A stretch of 64,000 bases of DNA, from positions 989,153 through 1,053,152 of the forward strand of contig OZ250185.1 in NCBI GenBank assembly GCA_965238265.1. Reading direction: 5' to 3'. A model generated the notes under the pieces. That model saw only the letters and a list, made by a program, of their open reading frames with translations, was not told the DNA's origin and did no database searches. The position numbers and the translations under genes are program-made. Positions 37,713 through 48,215 of the stretch are shown piece by piece. Each line of letters begins with the position of its first letter. The first letter of the stretch is position 1. The stretch is from Chloroflexota bacterium. GTDB lineage: Bacteria; Chloroflexota; UBA11872; UBA12225; JAJDUF01.

Positions 37713-38906
37713 ATGGTCGCTCAGATAGAGGTCGCAGGACTCTGGAAGGTATTCGGCGCGAAGCCGGAGCGCGCACTGCAATCGGAGCACGCTGCCAAGA
37801 GCCGCGCTGAGATCCAAGCGGAGCTGGGCTTGGTGGTGGCTCTGCGGGACCTGTCCTTCAGTGTGGACAGAGGCCAGATCTTCGTCGTCATGGGGCTGTC
37901 GGGCAGCGGCAAGTCAACGCTGGTGCGCTGTCTCATCAGGCTTACCGAAGCCACCAGGGGACAGCTCTACTTCGACGGCGAAGACATCCGTACCTACTCG
38001 TCCGCCCAGCTCACCCAGTTTCGCCGCGGGAAGATCGCGATGGTTTTCCAGCACTTTGGCCTGCTGCCGCACCGTCGGGTGCTGGACAACGTGGCCTATG
38101 GCCTTGAGATACAAGGCATGGACAAGGCGGCACGGTACCGGGCGGCGGCAGAGGCCATCGAGACGGTGGGACTCAAGAGCTGGGAACACTACTACCCCCG
38201 GGAGATGAGCGGTGGCATGCAGCAGCGCGTCGGGATTGCCAGGGCGCTAGCGGTCAATCCCGAAGTGCTGCTCATGGACGAGCCGTTCAGCGGCCTCGAC
38301 CCTCTCATCCGCAGAGAGATGCAGGACGAGCTGCTCTCGCTGCAGACGGAGCTTCGCAAAACCATCGTCTTCATCACGCACGACCTGAACGAAGCCCTGA
38401 AGCTGGGCGACCGCATTGCCATCATGCGGGACGGGCAGATTATTCAGGAAGGCTCGCCAGAGGAGATTGTCACACTGCCGACCGACGACTACGTGACCGA
38501 GTTTGTCCAGGACGTGTCCAGAGCCAAGGTCATCCAGGCAAAGGCCATCATGCAGAAGCCTGGCGTGGTCGTGTACGAACAACAGGGTCCCCGCGTGGCG
38601 CTGCACACCATGCAGAGTCACGGCGTTGATGCGGCGTTCCTGATCGGGCGCGACTCCACCTTGCGGGGGTTTCTCACGGAGGACCAGGCCAAGGCCCTCG
38701 CCGCCCAGCGCCAGGGATCGCTGGAAGACGCACGGATCACCCCGGCGATGACCACGAACCCCGACACCTATATCGAAGAGATCATCCCGCTCGCAGCGCA
38801 GACCGAATATCCGATCGCAGTGGTTGCCGATAACGGGGGGCTATTGGGCGAGATTCGCCGGGGCGCCCTGCTGACCGGTCTGTCGGCAGGCAGTGAGGAG
38901 AGCTAA
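37713..38906 (+). CDS. proV: Glycine betaine/proline ABC transporter ATP-binding protein (ProV/OpuAA-like, with C-terminal CBS domains)
   Basis: Walker A GLSGSGKST, the ABC signature LSGGMQQR and Walker B LLMDEP, plus a ~120-aa C-terminal extension. Confidence 0.85.
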   Translation: MVAQIEVAGLWKVFGAKPERALQSEHAAKSRAEIQAELGLVVALRDLSFSVDRGQIFVVMGLSGSGKSTLVRCLIRLTEATRGQLYFDGEDIRTYSSAQLTQFRRGKIAMVFQHFGLLPHRRVLDNVAYGLEIQGMDKAARYRAAAEAIETVGLKSWEHYYPREMSGGMQQRVGIARALAVNPEVLLMDEPFSGLDPLIRREMQDELLSLQTELRKTIVFITHDLNEALKLGDRIAIMRDGQIIQEGSPEEIVTLPTDDYVTEFVQDVSRAKVIQAKAIMQKPGVVVYEQQGPRVALHTMQSHGVDAAFLIGRDSTLRGFLTEDQAKALAAQRQGSLEDARITPAMTTNPDTYIEEIIPLAAQTEYPIAVVADNGGLLGEIRRGALLTGLSAGSEES

Positions 38907-39972
38907 CATGGCCCAGGCCGAAAACGCGCAATCCGGTACGGCAATCCCATCACCGCGCAGTACGCTCGGCACCAACCGGACTCTCCACCGTCTGCTGGCC
39001 GGGTTGGCGGTAGTTGTCATTGTGCTGCTAGCCAGCCTGTTGCTGTGGGGCACCGAGATGGAGTTCCCCACCACTGTGTCTAGCTCTACAGTCCAAACTT
39101 CCGGTGGTGGCACCGTCACACTGGAGAAAACGGTCCGCGAGGTCACGGGCGGCGCCATTGACGATGCGGTCACGTGGCTGACGCGCGAGGGGGACTGGCT
39201 GTTCGAGAGCCTGAGCACGACCGTCACCTATGCGCTGGTTCGCATCGAGAACAGCCTGAAGTGGGTACCCTGGCCCGCCATCGTGGTGGCTCTCGCTCTC
39301 CTTTCCTTTGCGGTGGGACGATGGCAGCTTCTGGCCTTCACGTCCTTTGCGCTGCTCTTCGTCGGCTTCATGGACCTTTGGGAAAACACCATAGACACGA
39401 TTGCGCTCATGGTGGTGGCGGTGGCGATTGCGGTGGCCATCGGCCTGCCCTTGGGTGTGTTGGCCGCCCGCAGCCAACTGGCCAACAACCTGATGCGCCC
39501 ATTCCTAGACGGCATGCAGACCATGCCCAGTTTTGTCTACCTGCTCCCGGGAATCCTCTTCTTTGGCTTGGGGAAACCGGCCGGAATCTTCGCCACCATC
39601 ATCTACGCCGTCCCCCCGGTCATCCGGCTGACCAACCTGGGAATCCGGCAGGTGCCCTCCGAAACGGTTGAAGCCGCCCGGTCTTTCGGGGCATCGCCAC
39701 TGCAGATACTCACCAAAGTTCAGATTCCGATGGCCTTGCCCACAATCATGGCCGGCATCAACCAGACGACGCTGATGGCGCTGGCCATGGTGACCATCGC
39801 CAGCATGGTCGCTGCCGGCGGCCTGGGCGATAACGTGCTGCGGGCGCTGCAAAAGAACCAGCCGGGCAACGGAGCAATCGCCGGGCTGGCCATCGTATTC
39901 CTCGCCATCATCATGGACCGCCTCACCCAGTCGGTGGCCCGCAAGCGACAGGAAGCCCTGAACGTCGGCTAG
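38893..39972 (+). CDS. proW: Glycine betaine ABC transporter permease (ProW/OpuAB-like)
   Basis: 359-aa polytopic membrane protein carrying the BtuC/EAA-loop permease signature. Its start overlaps the proV stop. Confidence 0.8.
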   Translation: MRRANMAQAENAQSGTAIPSPRSTLGTNRTLHRLLAGLAVVVIVLLASLLLWGTEMEFPTTVSSSTVQTSGGGTVTLEKTVREVTGGAIDDAVTWLTREGDWLFESLSTTVTYALVRIENSLKWVPWPAIVVALALLSFAVGRWQLLAFTSFALLFVGFMDLWENTIDTIALMVVAVAIAVAIGLPLGVLAARSQLANNLMRPFLDGMQTMPSFVYLLPGILFFGLGKPAGIFATIIYAVPPVIRLTNLGIRQVPSETVEAARSFGASPLQILTKVQIPMALPTIMAGINQTTLMALAMVTIASMVAAGGLGDNVLRALQKNQPGNGAIAGLAIVFLAIIMDRLTQSVARKRQEALNVG

Positions 39973-40122
39973 CAGCAAACGACCATCACCTACCCCCTCC
40001 AGCAGTAGCAACATGGGCGACTTGTTGCACGCCCCCCTTTTTTTGACAGCGTTAATCGGCGCTGATACACTTACCATCGTAGCTGCAGAGTTGCGTGACC
40101 TGTCCTGAGTTAGGGAGATACC

Positions 40123-41187
40123 ATGTACAGACTATTCGCACTGATGGCGGTGTTGCTCGCTACAATCTCCATCGTTGCCTGCGCGGACTCCGAGCCGGAG
40201 ACCGTCGAGGTGACAAGAGAAGTTGTCGTCGAGGTGACGCCTACGCCAGCCCCCAAAGAGACCATCATTTTCAGCGACCTGAACTGGACCAGCGCCCAGG
40301 TCCAGAACCGCATCGCGCAGTACATCGTCGAAAAGGGCTACGGCTATCCCACCGAGGTGGTTTTCGGCGCCACGCTGCCGCTGTTCCAGGGCCTGCGCCG
40401 GGGCGACAGCCACGTCACCATGGAAATCTGGCTGCCTAACCAGGACGAAGCCTGGATGGAAGCACAGGCGGCAGGCGAAGTGGTTTCCGTAGGCTTGAGC
40501 CTGGGCAAAGATTGGCAGTCGGCTTTCGTCATCCCGAAATATCTCCAGGAGCAATATCCCGATCTGGACAGCGTTGAAGACCTGAAGGACGACAAGTTCA
40601 AGAAACTGTTTGCGACCACGGAAACGGGCGGAAAAGCGCGCCTGGTGTCCTGCGTCATCGGCTGGGTCTGCGAGGAGGTCAACGCCAAGCAGATTGATGG
40701 CTACGACCTAGCAGGCCACGTGCATGTGATTAATCCGGGCGACAGCGCGGCGGCGAACGCCGACCTCTACGGCGCTTACGAGAAGAAGGAGCCGTGGCTT
40801 GGCTACCAGTGGGGTACCAACGACCCGGCCCTGGTCCTGGACCTGGTCCGGCTCAAAGAACCCGACTATAGTGACGAATGCTGGTTCACGACCAAGGCGT
40901 GCGCCTACGAAGACGCTACCATCCTGATTGCCGTGCATCCTGAACTCCCGACTAGGGCTGCCGACGTGGTAGAAATGCTGCGGGCGTGGGACTTCAACAT
41001 CAGCGCCTATAAGGTGGTCGCCGCCTGGCAAAGCGAAAACCCGGATGCCGACACCAATGACGCCGCCCTCTGGTGGCTGAACAGCAATGTCGACACTTGG
41101 AAAGGCTGGGTGCCCGCCGAGGCCGCCGAGTCCATTCAGGCCGCCCTCGCTGCCAACGAAATCCCCGCCGGCTGGCCCAAAGAATAA
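40123..41187 (+). CDS. proX: Glycine betaine-binding periplasmic protein (ProX/OpuAC-like)
   Basis: 354-aa ORF with lipoprotein-like N-terminal segment LATISIVAC (C24 in ORF 40123-41187) and an aromatic-rich substrate-binding fold. The call rests on operon context. Confidence 0.7.
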   Translation: MYRLFALMAVLLATISIVACADSEPETVEVTREVVVEVTPTPAPKETIIFSDLNWTSAQVQNRIAQYIVEKGYGYPTEVVFGATLPLFQGLRRGDSHVTMEIWLPNQDEAWMEAQAAGEVVSVGLSLGKDWQSAFVIPKYLQEQYPDLDSVEDLKDDKFKKLFATTETGGKARLVSCVIGWVCEEVNAKQIDGYDLAGHVHVINPGDSAAANADLYGAYEKKEPWLGYQWGTNDPALVLDLVRLKEPDYSDECWFTTKACAYEDATILIAVHPELPTRAADVVEMLRAWDFNISAYKVVAAWQSENPDADTNDAALWWLNSNVDTWKGWVPAEAAESIQAALAANEIPAGWPKE

Positions 41188-41280
41188 GACCGGCCGGACC
41201 GATGCCGGCACTGGTCATTGGCTTAGGTAGAAGCCGACAGGGCTATCCCCGCTATCCCCGAGGGTAGCGGGGACGTCTCA

Positions 41281-41748
41281 TTACCGGCCTAGCAGCGGAT
41301 TCACGCCCCTGACATTTACTCCATAGTCATAGACCAAATCTCCCCCGGTCATCCCGGATAAAACCAATCCGACTATGCCAATCAAAACGACGGCCAGATA
41401 AAGAGGCGTTGTGCCAGCATCCGCTCCTTTCCTGCAAGAAATCCAGCGCCAGATTGTCAGTGCGGTGAAGAACGCGGTAACGGCAAAGCTCCAATTTTGA
41501 TGCACCTCGATCACGCCATGTGGCTCGGTTTCTTCATAGGGAAAATGAGAGATAAGGCCGGTTACACTGGCAATGAGCGCTCCTAGTGTGCCGGTCCACA
41601 GCAAAAGCCAGGAGGTGTGCTGCAAGTTGGCACTGGATTTGATGTGCATTGCAACACTCACCCCGGCACTCACAACGAGGAGCGCGATTGGGAAATGAGC
41701 AGCGATAGCGTGCAAATCCTGAAGCGTATCGGTCAGTATTTGCAACAT
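41281..41748 (-). CDS. Small integral membrane protein (4 TM; DUF2231-like)
   Basis: Hydrophobicity pattern only. Confidence 0.4.
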   Translation of the reverse strand: MLQILTDTLQDLHAIAAHFPIALLVVSAGVSVAMHIKSSANLQHTSWLLLWTGTLGALIASVTGLISHFPYEETEPHGVIEVHQNWSFAVTAFFTALTIWRWISCRKGADAGTTPLYLAVVLIGIVGLVLSGMTGGDLVYDYGVNVRGVNPLLGR

Positions 41749-41801
41749 TTCTATCTCCGCGTATGCCGAGAGCTGCTCTGCGTCAGGAGCTACCGCATTC
41801 T

Positions 41802-42548
41802 TTAGACGTCCACCACACGCCCCGCTGGCAGGTGGGTGAGGCGGCCTTCAAGACTATCGTGGAGGCGGTAGTGCAGCAGCCACTCTCCGGCTTGGGGATC
41901 ACGTACCTCAGCGGTCGTGTCAACCACGGTGGTTAGCATCGCCGCCGGCCAGTCCGGACTACCATTCAGCAGGGTGAGGGCCCACGCGGCGAGCACCGTG
42001 GCCTCGTTTCCTTGCACATAGAGGCGTACCCGGTCGGCCGCGGACCAGCCGGGGTGAAACGTCGCCAGCAGGAGTGTCGGGTAGCCGGCGGCGTTGGGCC
42101 ACTCCACTACACGGGTGCGCGGGCTGACCGGGAGATCGCGGATCGTGGCGATGTCTACGGCCGGGAAGGCGACCCCGAGCACCATCAGGCCGATCTCGTA
42201 GAGCGCCTGCGGCTCGGTGCCAGCTAAGGGCTGCACGCGCAGCCACCCGAAAAGCTGGCGCCAGGCGTCAGGAGCAAACCCGGCCACGGCATCGCAGGCG
42301 CCCGGTGTAGCGAAATACGGGAACAGCCGCGGCCAGCGCGCCGTCACCGCGCGCAGCATCTCGGCCAAGACTTCCGGTCCGGCCATGTCAGCGACATCGG
42401 GCCGGCGGCGCTGATCGGCGGCGCCGAGCCGACGCGGTATGGCCTCGGTCGCTTCCAGCCACAGCAGCGTATAGAGGGCAAACGCGGCGTGGCGGGCTAA
42501 CTCGCGATCCGGGGATAGCGCCCCGGTCAGGTCGGGTCCACTCTCCAT
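41802..42548 (-). CDS. Hypothetical protein (248 aa)
   Basis: ORF only. Confidence 0.3.
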   Translation of the reverse strand: MESGPDLTGALSPDRELARHAAFALYTLLWLEATEAIPRRLGAADQRRRPDVADMAGPEVLAEMLRAVTARWPRLFPYFATPGACDAVAGFAPDAWRQLFGWLRVQPLAGTEPQALYEIGLMVLGVAFPAVDIATIRDLPVSPRTRVVEWPNAAGYPTLLLATFHPGWSAADRVRLYVQGNEATVLAAWALTLLNGSPDWPAAMLTTVVDTTAEVRDPQAGEWLLHYRLHDSLEGRLTHLPAGRVVDV

Positions 42549-42589
42549 GCACCGGCGAGTGTAGCACGCCCACCCACCTCCGGCCGGCC

Positions 42590-42715
42590 TGGTAGAATGC
42601 CCGCAGCGTGAGCAGGACCTACCCCCAACCCCCTCCCTGAAGGGAAGGGACTACCGGGCGCTGCACTGACTCCCCTGCCCTGGAGGGAAGGGGACGGGGG
42701 TTAGGTGAAAACTAG
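42590..42715. repeat. Intergenic palindromic repeat family A (ctacccccaaccccctccctgaagggaaggg ... ccctggagggaaggggacgggggttaggt). A second copy lies at about 45365-45485.
   Basis: Two ~120-bp copies compared by eye. Each contains an inverted repeat. Confidence 0.7.
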
Positions 42716-42732
42716 GCAAAGACGCACAGACG

Positions 42733-43347
42733 ATGGATCAGTCACAGGACAACGCAGGTAGCCCTACGCCGGCCCCCGGCGTATCACCCGCGGCAGACGA
42801 TCTGGCGCGGGTCGAAATCCGCGGCCTGAGGTTGGAGGATCAGGCCGCGGTAGAGGCCATCACGGCCGAGGCGTTCCGGGGCGTATCCATTGATGAAGTC
42901 ATCGAGCAGCGGTTCGGGTCGCTGCGGCCGCTCTCCTGGCAGACGATCAAGAGCACGGCGGTCGGCGCCGAGGTGCGCGAGCAGGCCGCGACCTGCTTTG
43001 TGGCCGAGCTGGACGGGCAGGTGATCGGCTACATTACGACCGCGGTATCCCAGCGCACGAGCACGGGGCGCATTCCCAATATCGGCATTGCGCGCGGCTA
43101 CCGTGGCCTGGGCCTGGGCACCCGGCTGATCGAGTACGCGCTGGCTTACTTCCGGCGGCAGGGCCTGCGGCTCGCACGCATCGAGACCCTGGTGCAGAAT
43201 AGCGTTGGTGACTACCTCTATCGGAAGCTAGGATTCCAGGAGATTGCCCGTCAAATCCACTTCGCCCTGCCGCTGGTGGATACAGCACCAGGTTCCGCCG
43301 CCGCCGCGTGTCAGGAGCCGGATCACACTCACGAGGTCATGCCATGA
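42733..43347 (+). CDS. GNAT family N-acetyltransferase
   Basis: The acetyl-CoA-binding motif (IARGYRGLGLGTRLIEYA) lies in a 204-aa ORF. Confidence 0.75.
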   Translation: MDQSQDNAGSPTPAPGVSPAADDLARVEIRGLRLEDQAAVEAITAEAFRGVSIDEVIEQRFGSLRPLSWQTIKSTAVGAEVREQAATCFVAELDGQVIGYITTAVSQRTSTGRIPNIGIARGYRGLGLGTRLIEYALAYFRRQGLRLARIETLVQNSVGDYLYRKLGFQEIARQIHFALPLVDTAPGSAAAACQEPDHTHEVMP

Positions 43348-44183
43348 GATTTGCCTGCTGCAACGAACTCCTTGAAGACTGGCCGCTGGAGCGACAGTTT
43401 CGTTTCTTGCGCGAAGTTGGCTACGAGGGCATCGAGGTGGCGGCCTTCACCCTGGCACCACGGATCACCGACGTCACGACCGGGCAACGCGCCGCCATCC
43501 GCCGGCTGGCGGCCGACGTGGGCGTGGCCATCACCGGCCTGCACTTCCTACTCGCACGGACGGAGGGCCTGCACCCCACGTCCCCCGATGCGGCCGTGCG
43601 CCGGCGCACAGCGGACTATCTGCGCGCGCTCGTGGACTGCTGCGCCGACGTTGACGGGCGGTTCATGGTGTTCGGGTCGCCGCAGCAGCGCAATCTGGCG
43701 GAGGGCGTGAGCGTGGAGGATGGCCGACGCTCGCTCATCGAGGTGCTGCACGCGGCGCTGCCGGCCGCGGCGGATGCCGGCGTCACGATCTGCCTCGAAC
43801 CGCTCCCGCCGCCGCAGTCGAACTTTGTCCGCACAACGGACGAGGCGATCAGCATTATCGCGGAGGTCAACCATCCCCACCTGCGCCTCATTCTCGACGG
43901 GCGCAGTCTGGCCGCCCAAACGCAAACGCAGCAGCAGAGCCTGGCCGAGATTATCCGCACTACGGAGGGGTACACGGCCTACTGTCAGGCCAACGATGCC
44001 AATAGCGGCGGTCCCGGCGCCGGTGACACCGACTTCGTGGAGATCTTCGGCGCCTTGCACGAGATCGGGTACGATGGCTGGATGTCGGTCGAGGCGTTCG
44101 ACTTCAGCCCCGGGCCGGAGAACGTTGCCCGCGATAGCCTCGCGTACATGCAGCGGGCCTACGCGGCCGCCGTAGCGGAGTAG
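43308..44183 (+). CDS. Sugar phosphate isomerase/epimerase (xylose-isomerase-like TIM barrel)
   Basis: 291-aa ORF with the family pattern (GYEGIEV, ICLEPLPPP, HLRLILD). Confidence 0.7.
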   Translation: MSGAGSHSRGHAMRFACCNELLEDWPLERQFRFLREVGYEGIEVAAFTLAPRITDVTTGQRAAIRRLAADVGVAITGLHFLLARTEGLHPTSPDAAVRRRTADYLRALVDCCADVDGRFMVFGSPQQRNLAEGVSVEDGRRSLIEVLHAALPAAADAGVTICLEPLPPPQSNFVRTTDEAISIIAEVNHPHLRLILDGRSLAAQTQTQQQSLAEIIRTTEGYTAYCQANDANSGGPGAGDTDFVEIFGALHEIGYDGWMSVEAFDFSPGPENVARDSLAYMQRAYAAAVAE

Positions 44184-44321
44184 GAATACCGACCGGCGCG
44201 TGCGGCGGTGCCCGCGCCGCCAAGGCACGTGACTTGACGGCCGGAATAGTATACTATCATCGTTCGACTGGGAGGCGGCAATAGTTCTCACGCCGCCTGG
44301 CGTCATGACGGAGGAGTAGGC

Positions 44322-45329
44322 ATGGGATCGCTGACACAAGCGCAGGTTGACAGCTTCAACGAACAGGGATACCTCGTCGTCGAGGACCTGCTGGAACCCG
44401 AGGCTATCCTCGATCCGGTCATTCAGGAGTATCACGGAGTTCTCGATAGACTCGCCGACCATCTCTATACGCAAGGCGATATTGCCTCGCGCTATGAAGA
44501 GCTTCCCTTCAGTGAGCGCATCACTCGCATCTCTGCCGAGACCGGCAAGAACCACCAGCAGTTCTACGACTTCTCTCTGCCGTTTAGCGGCGTCAAGCAC
44601 GACACGCCTTTCTGGACCGGCCCGGCGGTGTTCAACGCCTTCGTCTATGAGCCGCTGCTCGACGTCATCGAATCGCTCATCGGCCCGGAGATCTACTCGA
44701 ATCCGGTCCAGCACGTGCGGATCAAGCCACCGGAGCAGTACCTCCCCAAGAACGAGCACGGCGACGCGGTCATCGGTATGACGCCCTGGCACCAGGATCA
44801 TGGAGTGGTGACACCGGAGGCCGATGATACGCGGATGCTCACCGTCTGGTTCCCGCTTCTCGATGCACCGCTCGAAAAGGGGCCGCTGCGGATCGTACCC
44901 GGGAGCCATCGGGGTGACCTGCTCACGCATTGCTTGAACTACATGGGTAACAAGCTCACGCCGCCGGCGTCCCGCCAGATCCCGGAGAAGCTCTTCGCGG
45001 CCGGGATGGCCAAGCCGATGCCCTTGGACCGCGGTAGCGTGCTCTTTCTGCACAAGCGGACGGTCCATTCTTCGCTGCCCAACGTCAGCGAGGAGGTCCG
45101 CTGGAGCTTCGATCTCCGCTACAACCCCACGGGCGAGCCGACCGGGCGACACCTGTTCCCCGGCTTTGTCGCGCGGAGCCGCGCCAACCCCGAGACGGAG
45201 CTACGCGACCCCGACCGCTGGGCCCGGCTCTGGCTGGAAGCCCGCGAAACCATGTCCCGGATCAACCAAGACGGTCAGTCGGACGTGCAGTTTGGTCGCT
45301 GGGGCGACGATCACCCCGACTGCGCCTAG
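44322..45329 (+). CDS. Phytanoyl-CoA dioxygenase (PhyH) family Fe(II)/2-oxoglutarate oxygenase
   Basis: 335-aa ORF with the HxD...H facial-triad spacing (WHQDHG ... HSSLPN). Confidence 0.65.
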   Translation: MGSLTQAQVDSFNEQGYLVVEDLLEPEAILDPVIQEYHGVLDRLADHLYTQGDIASRYEELPFSERITRISAETGKNHQQFYDFSLPFSGVKHDTPFWTGPAVFNAFVYEPLLDVIESLIGPEIYSNPVQHVRIKPPEQYLPKNEHGDAVIGMTPWHQDHGVVTPEADDTRMLTVWFPLLDAPLEKGPLRIVPGSHRGDLLTHCLNYMGNKLTPPASRQIPEKLFAAGMAKPMPLDRGSVLFLHKRTVHSSLPNVSEEVRWSFDLRYNPTGEPTGRHLFPGFVARSRANPETELRDPDRWARLWLEARETMSRINQDGQSDVQFGRWGDDHPDCA

Positions 45330-45501
45330 AGCTGCTCCGTCAGGAAAACGTCCGATCCGCCTCCCTGTGGGGGGGGGGCTGCCCCTACCCCCAACCCCCT
45401 CCCTGAAGGGAAGGGGCTACCGGTTGCATTGATGACTCCCCTTCCCTGGAGGGAAGGGGCCGGGGGTTAGGTCCAACCCTGCTCGTCCGTGAGGTACACC
45501 T

Positions 45502-46671
45502 ATGACTGCAACCACTGTTGTCGTACAGGCCGGCTTTCATCGGCGGCGCAGCTGCCCCCTGCTGGCAACGCTACCGGCCGCTGCGGCCCAGGGGGCGATG
45601 ACCCTCCACGATGACCGCGGCCGGTTGACGCCCTATCAGGTGGAGCCGGCGGCCGAGCCGGGACAGGTGCGGTTGGCCTGGCTCCTCGACGATCTCCCGG
45701 CCGGCGAGACCCGCCGCTACACCGTAGCTACCGCCGGCAGCAGCGCCGCGCCGCCGGCTCCCGCCGGTGTGACGCTGACCGACCAGGACGGGACACACTT
45801 GGACATCACGGTCGGCGGCGACCGCTTCACTTCCTATTACTATGCCGGGGAGCTGGCCCGGCCCTACTTCCATCCCGTCGTCGGGCCGGGCGGTGGATTA
45901 GTGACGCGCGGCTTCCCGATGGAGCCGGACGTGCCCGGTGAAACGCATGACCATCCGCATCACCGGGGCATCTATTTCGCGCATGGCGATGTCAACGGCA
46001 CCAACAACTGGAGCGAGGTCGCCGGGCACGCCACGATGCGGCACCAACGCTTCGAGCGGCTGATCTCCGGCCCGGTGCAGGGGAGCTTCACCCAGTCGCT
46101 GGACTGGCTCGATACCGCGGGCGCGGTCGTGCTGACGGAGCAGCGCACCGTGACCGTCTACCACACACTCAACGACGAGCGGCTGCTTGATGCGTCGCTC
46201 TCGTTCCGGGCCAGCGCCGGCGCAGTGACCTTTGGCGACACGAAGGAAGGTGGCCTCATCTCCGTGCGGGTAGCCACCAGCATGGACGCCAAGGAGGCGG
46301 GACGCATCGAGAACGCCGCCGGTGGCATCCAAGAGGCGGAGACGTGGGGCAAGCGCGCCCAGTGGTGCGACTACTCCGGCCCGGTCGCCGGCCAAACGCT
46401 CGGTGTCTGTCTGATGGATCATCCCGACAACCCTCGCCATCCGACGCACTGGCACGTCCGCGACTACGGGCTGATGACGGCTAACCCCTTCGGCCTCCGC
46501 GACTACCGGCGCGACCCGGCGCAGCGTGGCGATTGGCTGCTCCAAAACAGCGCCCGGCAGACCTTCCGCTACCGGGTGCTGATCCACCGCGGCAACGCCC
46601 GCGAGGCCGCCCTCCACGCGCGCTACCAAGACCTCGCCCACCCGCCGGCCGTCACCGTCGAGACGAGCTAA
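45502..46671 (+). CDS. Hypothetical protein, possibly PmoA-like (DUF6807) family
   Basis: Weak recollection of the HPHHRGIYFAHGDVNG motif. The start is probably internal to the ORF. Confidence 0.35.
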   Translation: MTATTVVVQAGFHRRRSCPLLATLPAAAAQGAMTLHDDRGRLTPYQVEPAAEPGQVRLAWLLDDLPAGETRRYTVATAGSSAAPPAPAGVTLTDQDGTHLDITVGGDRFTSYYYAGELARPYFHPVVGPGGGLVTRGFPMEPDVPGETHDHPHHRGIYFAHGDVNGTNNWSEVAGHATMRHQRFERLISGPVQGSFTQSLDWLDTAGAVVLTEQRTVTVYHTLNDERLLDASLSFRASAGAVTFGDTKEGGLISVRVATSMDAKEAGRIENAAGGIQEAETWGKRAQWCDYSGPVAGQTLGVCLMDHPDNPRHPTHWHVRDYGLMTANPFGLRDYRRDPAQRGDWLLQNSARQTFRYRVLIHRGNAREAALHARYQDLAHPPAVTVETS

Positions 46672-46826
46672 TCCACGGCGGCATTGGCTCCCTCACCGAC
46701 CCACCGGCCTGAGCCACAGGGCGCCCACAAGGGACGCCCCCACCAATGGCAATCCTACGTAGGGGCACCCCTGGTAGGTGCCCTGATACCTAACCCAGTG
46801 AGCCGCCTCACCCCCGCCGGCCTCCG

Positions 46827-46880
46827 GCGGACTCCCCCTCTCTATCACTCGGCGATGGAGAGGGGGCCGGGGGGTGAGGC
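46827..46880. repeat. Palindromic intergenic repeat family B (GGACTCCCCCTCTCTATCACTCGGCGATGGAGAGGGGGCCGGGGGGTGAGG). Copies also lie at 48138-48190 and 62324-62374.
   Basis: Three near-identical copies. The stem is CCCCCTCTC...GAGAGGGGG. Confidence 0.8.
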
Positions 46881-46969
46881 CCGCGAAGGTGCAGTTGAAA
46901 CGTCTCTAGCCCGCTGATATGCTAGGGGTGTCGCGCATACAGTCGGTTGCCGGATGAAGGAGGGCGTGA

Positions 46970-47188
46970 GTGCCGAGTAAGGGAGCGCTGGAGGTTGATG
47001 GACTGGTCAGAGAGACGCTGCCCAATGCCGTCTTCCGGGTAGAGCTGGACGGCGGTCATCGCGTGCTTGCGCATATTGGCGGGAAGATGCGCAAGCACTA
47101 TATCCGGGTCCTCGTGGGGGACCGGGTCCGTATCGAGTTATCGGAATATGACCTCACCAAGGGGCGCATTACCTGGAAGTATCGCTAA
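46970..47188 (+). CDS. infA: Translation initiation factor IF-1
   Basis: 72-aa protein with the S1-like OB fold, almost identical in pattern to bacterial IF-1 (…[62 protein letters not shown]). Confidence 0.95.
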   Translation: MPSKGALEVDGLVRETLPNAVFRVELDGGHRVLAHIGGKMRKHYIRVLVGDRVRIELSEYDLTKGRITWKYR

Positions 47189-47222
47189 ATCGCTTGATCC
47201 TACCTGGCCCCCACCCTAGCCA

Positions 47223-47423
47223 TCAGCGATGCCGTGCCGTACCGGTATTGACCCGTGCCCGGCGCCGAGCGGCCGTCGCCTTGGCCTCCCGCCGCAGACG
47301 GAGGGCGAGATAGGCGAGGGTGAACAAGACGATGACGGTCAGCAAGTAGATCAGAAAGAGGTCGTGCTCCATAGCCCAGACCCTCCGAGCTAGAACGAGT
47401 GACCGGGGCAGTCCGTTGTGCAT
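47223..47423 (-). CDS. Small membrane protein (66 aa, 1 TM)
   Basis: ORF plus a hydrophobic helix. Weak call. Confidence 0.25.
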   Translation of the reverse strand: MHNGLPRSLVLARRVWAMEHDLFLIYLLTVIVLFTLAYLALRLRREAKATAARRRARVNTGTARHR

Positions 47424-47633
47424 GGCGGCGGCGGGCCGGACACCGCACCGTCGCTGGCTCTACGCCGGCTCACTCGGCCGGCACATACCGGCACGAATGC
47501 CAACACCCAACGACGCTGCGTGCATTGCTCTTGCTGCGCCCAGCGGTAGAATGGACGGGGCAACGGCCCACACGGCGCTGCCAGGCCGGGCACTCCGGCC
47601 TCGCGGCGCGCGGTCAGGAAGAGGGAGTGCGGC

Positions 47634-47924
47634 ATGGAATTTTGGAGTGCAGCCGTCATAATCGTGACGATTGGCTGCGTTACCGGCGTGATCACCACGG
47701 CCATTGACAAATTCGCCAGCGGTAAGCGCCGCCGCCTGGAAATCGAACTCAAGGCCGAACGGAAACAAACGTCCCTCACGCAGCGGCGGGTGTCGGAGCT
47801 GGAGGAAGACAATCAGCGGCTACGCCAGCAGCTGGAATGGCACACCCGCCTGCTGACGGCCCAAGGCAACGAGCGCTCGCGCCTCAGCGAGCACAGCGAG
47901 CCGGAGCCGAGCCAGCGCTTGTAG
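47634..47924 (+). CDS. Small membrane-anchored coiled-coil protein (96 aa)
   Basis: An N-terminal TM segment followed by heptad-like repeats. Confidence 0.35.
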   Translation: MEFWSAAVIIVTIGCVTGVITTAIDKFASGKRRRLEIELKAERKQTSLTQRRVSELEEDNQRLRQQLEWHTRLLTAQGNERSRLSEHSEPEPSQRL

Positions 47925-47954
47925 GGGCAGTTGGTGCTGGCCCCCTCCTCCCTT

Positions 47955-48084
47955 TTGTCAGCATCAGGATTATCAGGATGGAAGGATGGGCCGGATAAGC
48001 ACCCGACCAATCCTGTCCATTCCTGATGCTGACAAGGTACGCGCTTTACACCCGCCGCTGGATTCCCGCTTGCGCGGGAATGAC
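47955..48084. repeat. Compound hairpin element: a long imperfect inverted repeat (tgtcagcatcaggat...atcctg..cctgatgctgacaa) followed by a family-D hairpin GGATTCCCGCTTGCGCGGGAATGA. Family-D copies also lie at 55571-55592 and 55625-55654.
   Basis: By-eye inverted repeats. The pattern resembles a miniature inverted-repeat element. Confidence 0.6.
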
Positions 48085-48215
48085 AACGAGAAGGCGTGAG
48101 AATGACGGAGGGGACCGGGATGATGGCGGCACAGGCGGCGGACTCCCCCTCGCTATCACTCGGCGATGGAGAGGGGGCCGGGGAGTGAGGCAGGTCACTG
48201 ACCACTGGCCACTAC

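Noticed and set aside
43548-45152. 534-aa minus-strand ORF
   Set aside because: It is antisense to the sugar-phosphate-isomerase and PhyH genes, both of which have recognisable motifs on the plus strand.
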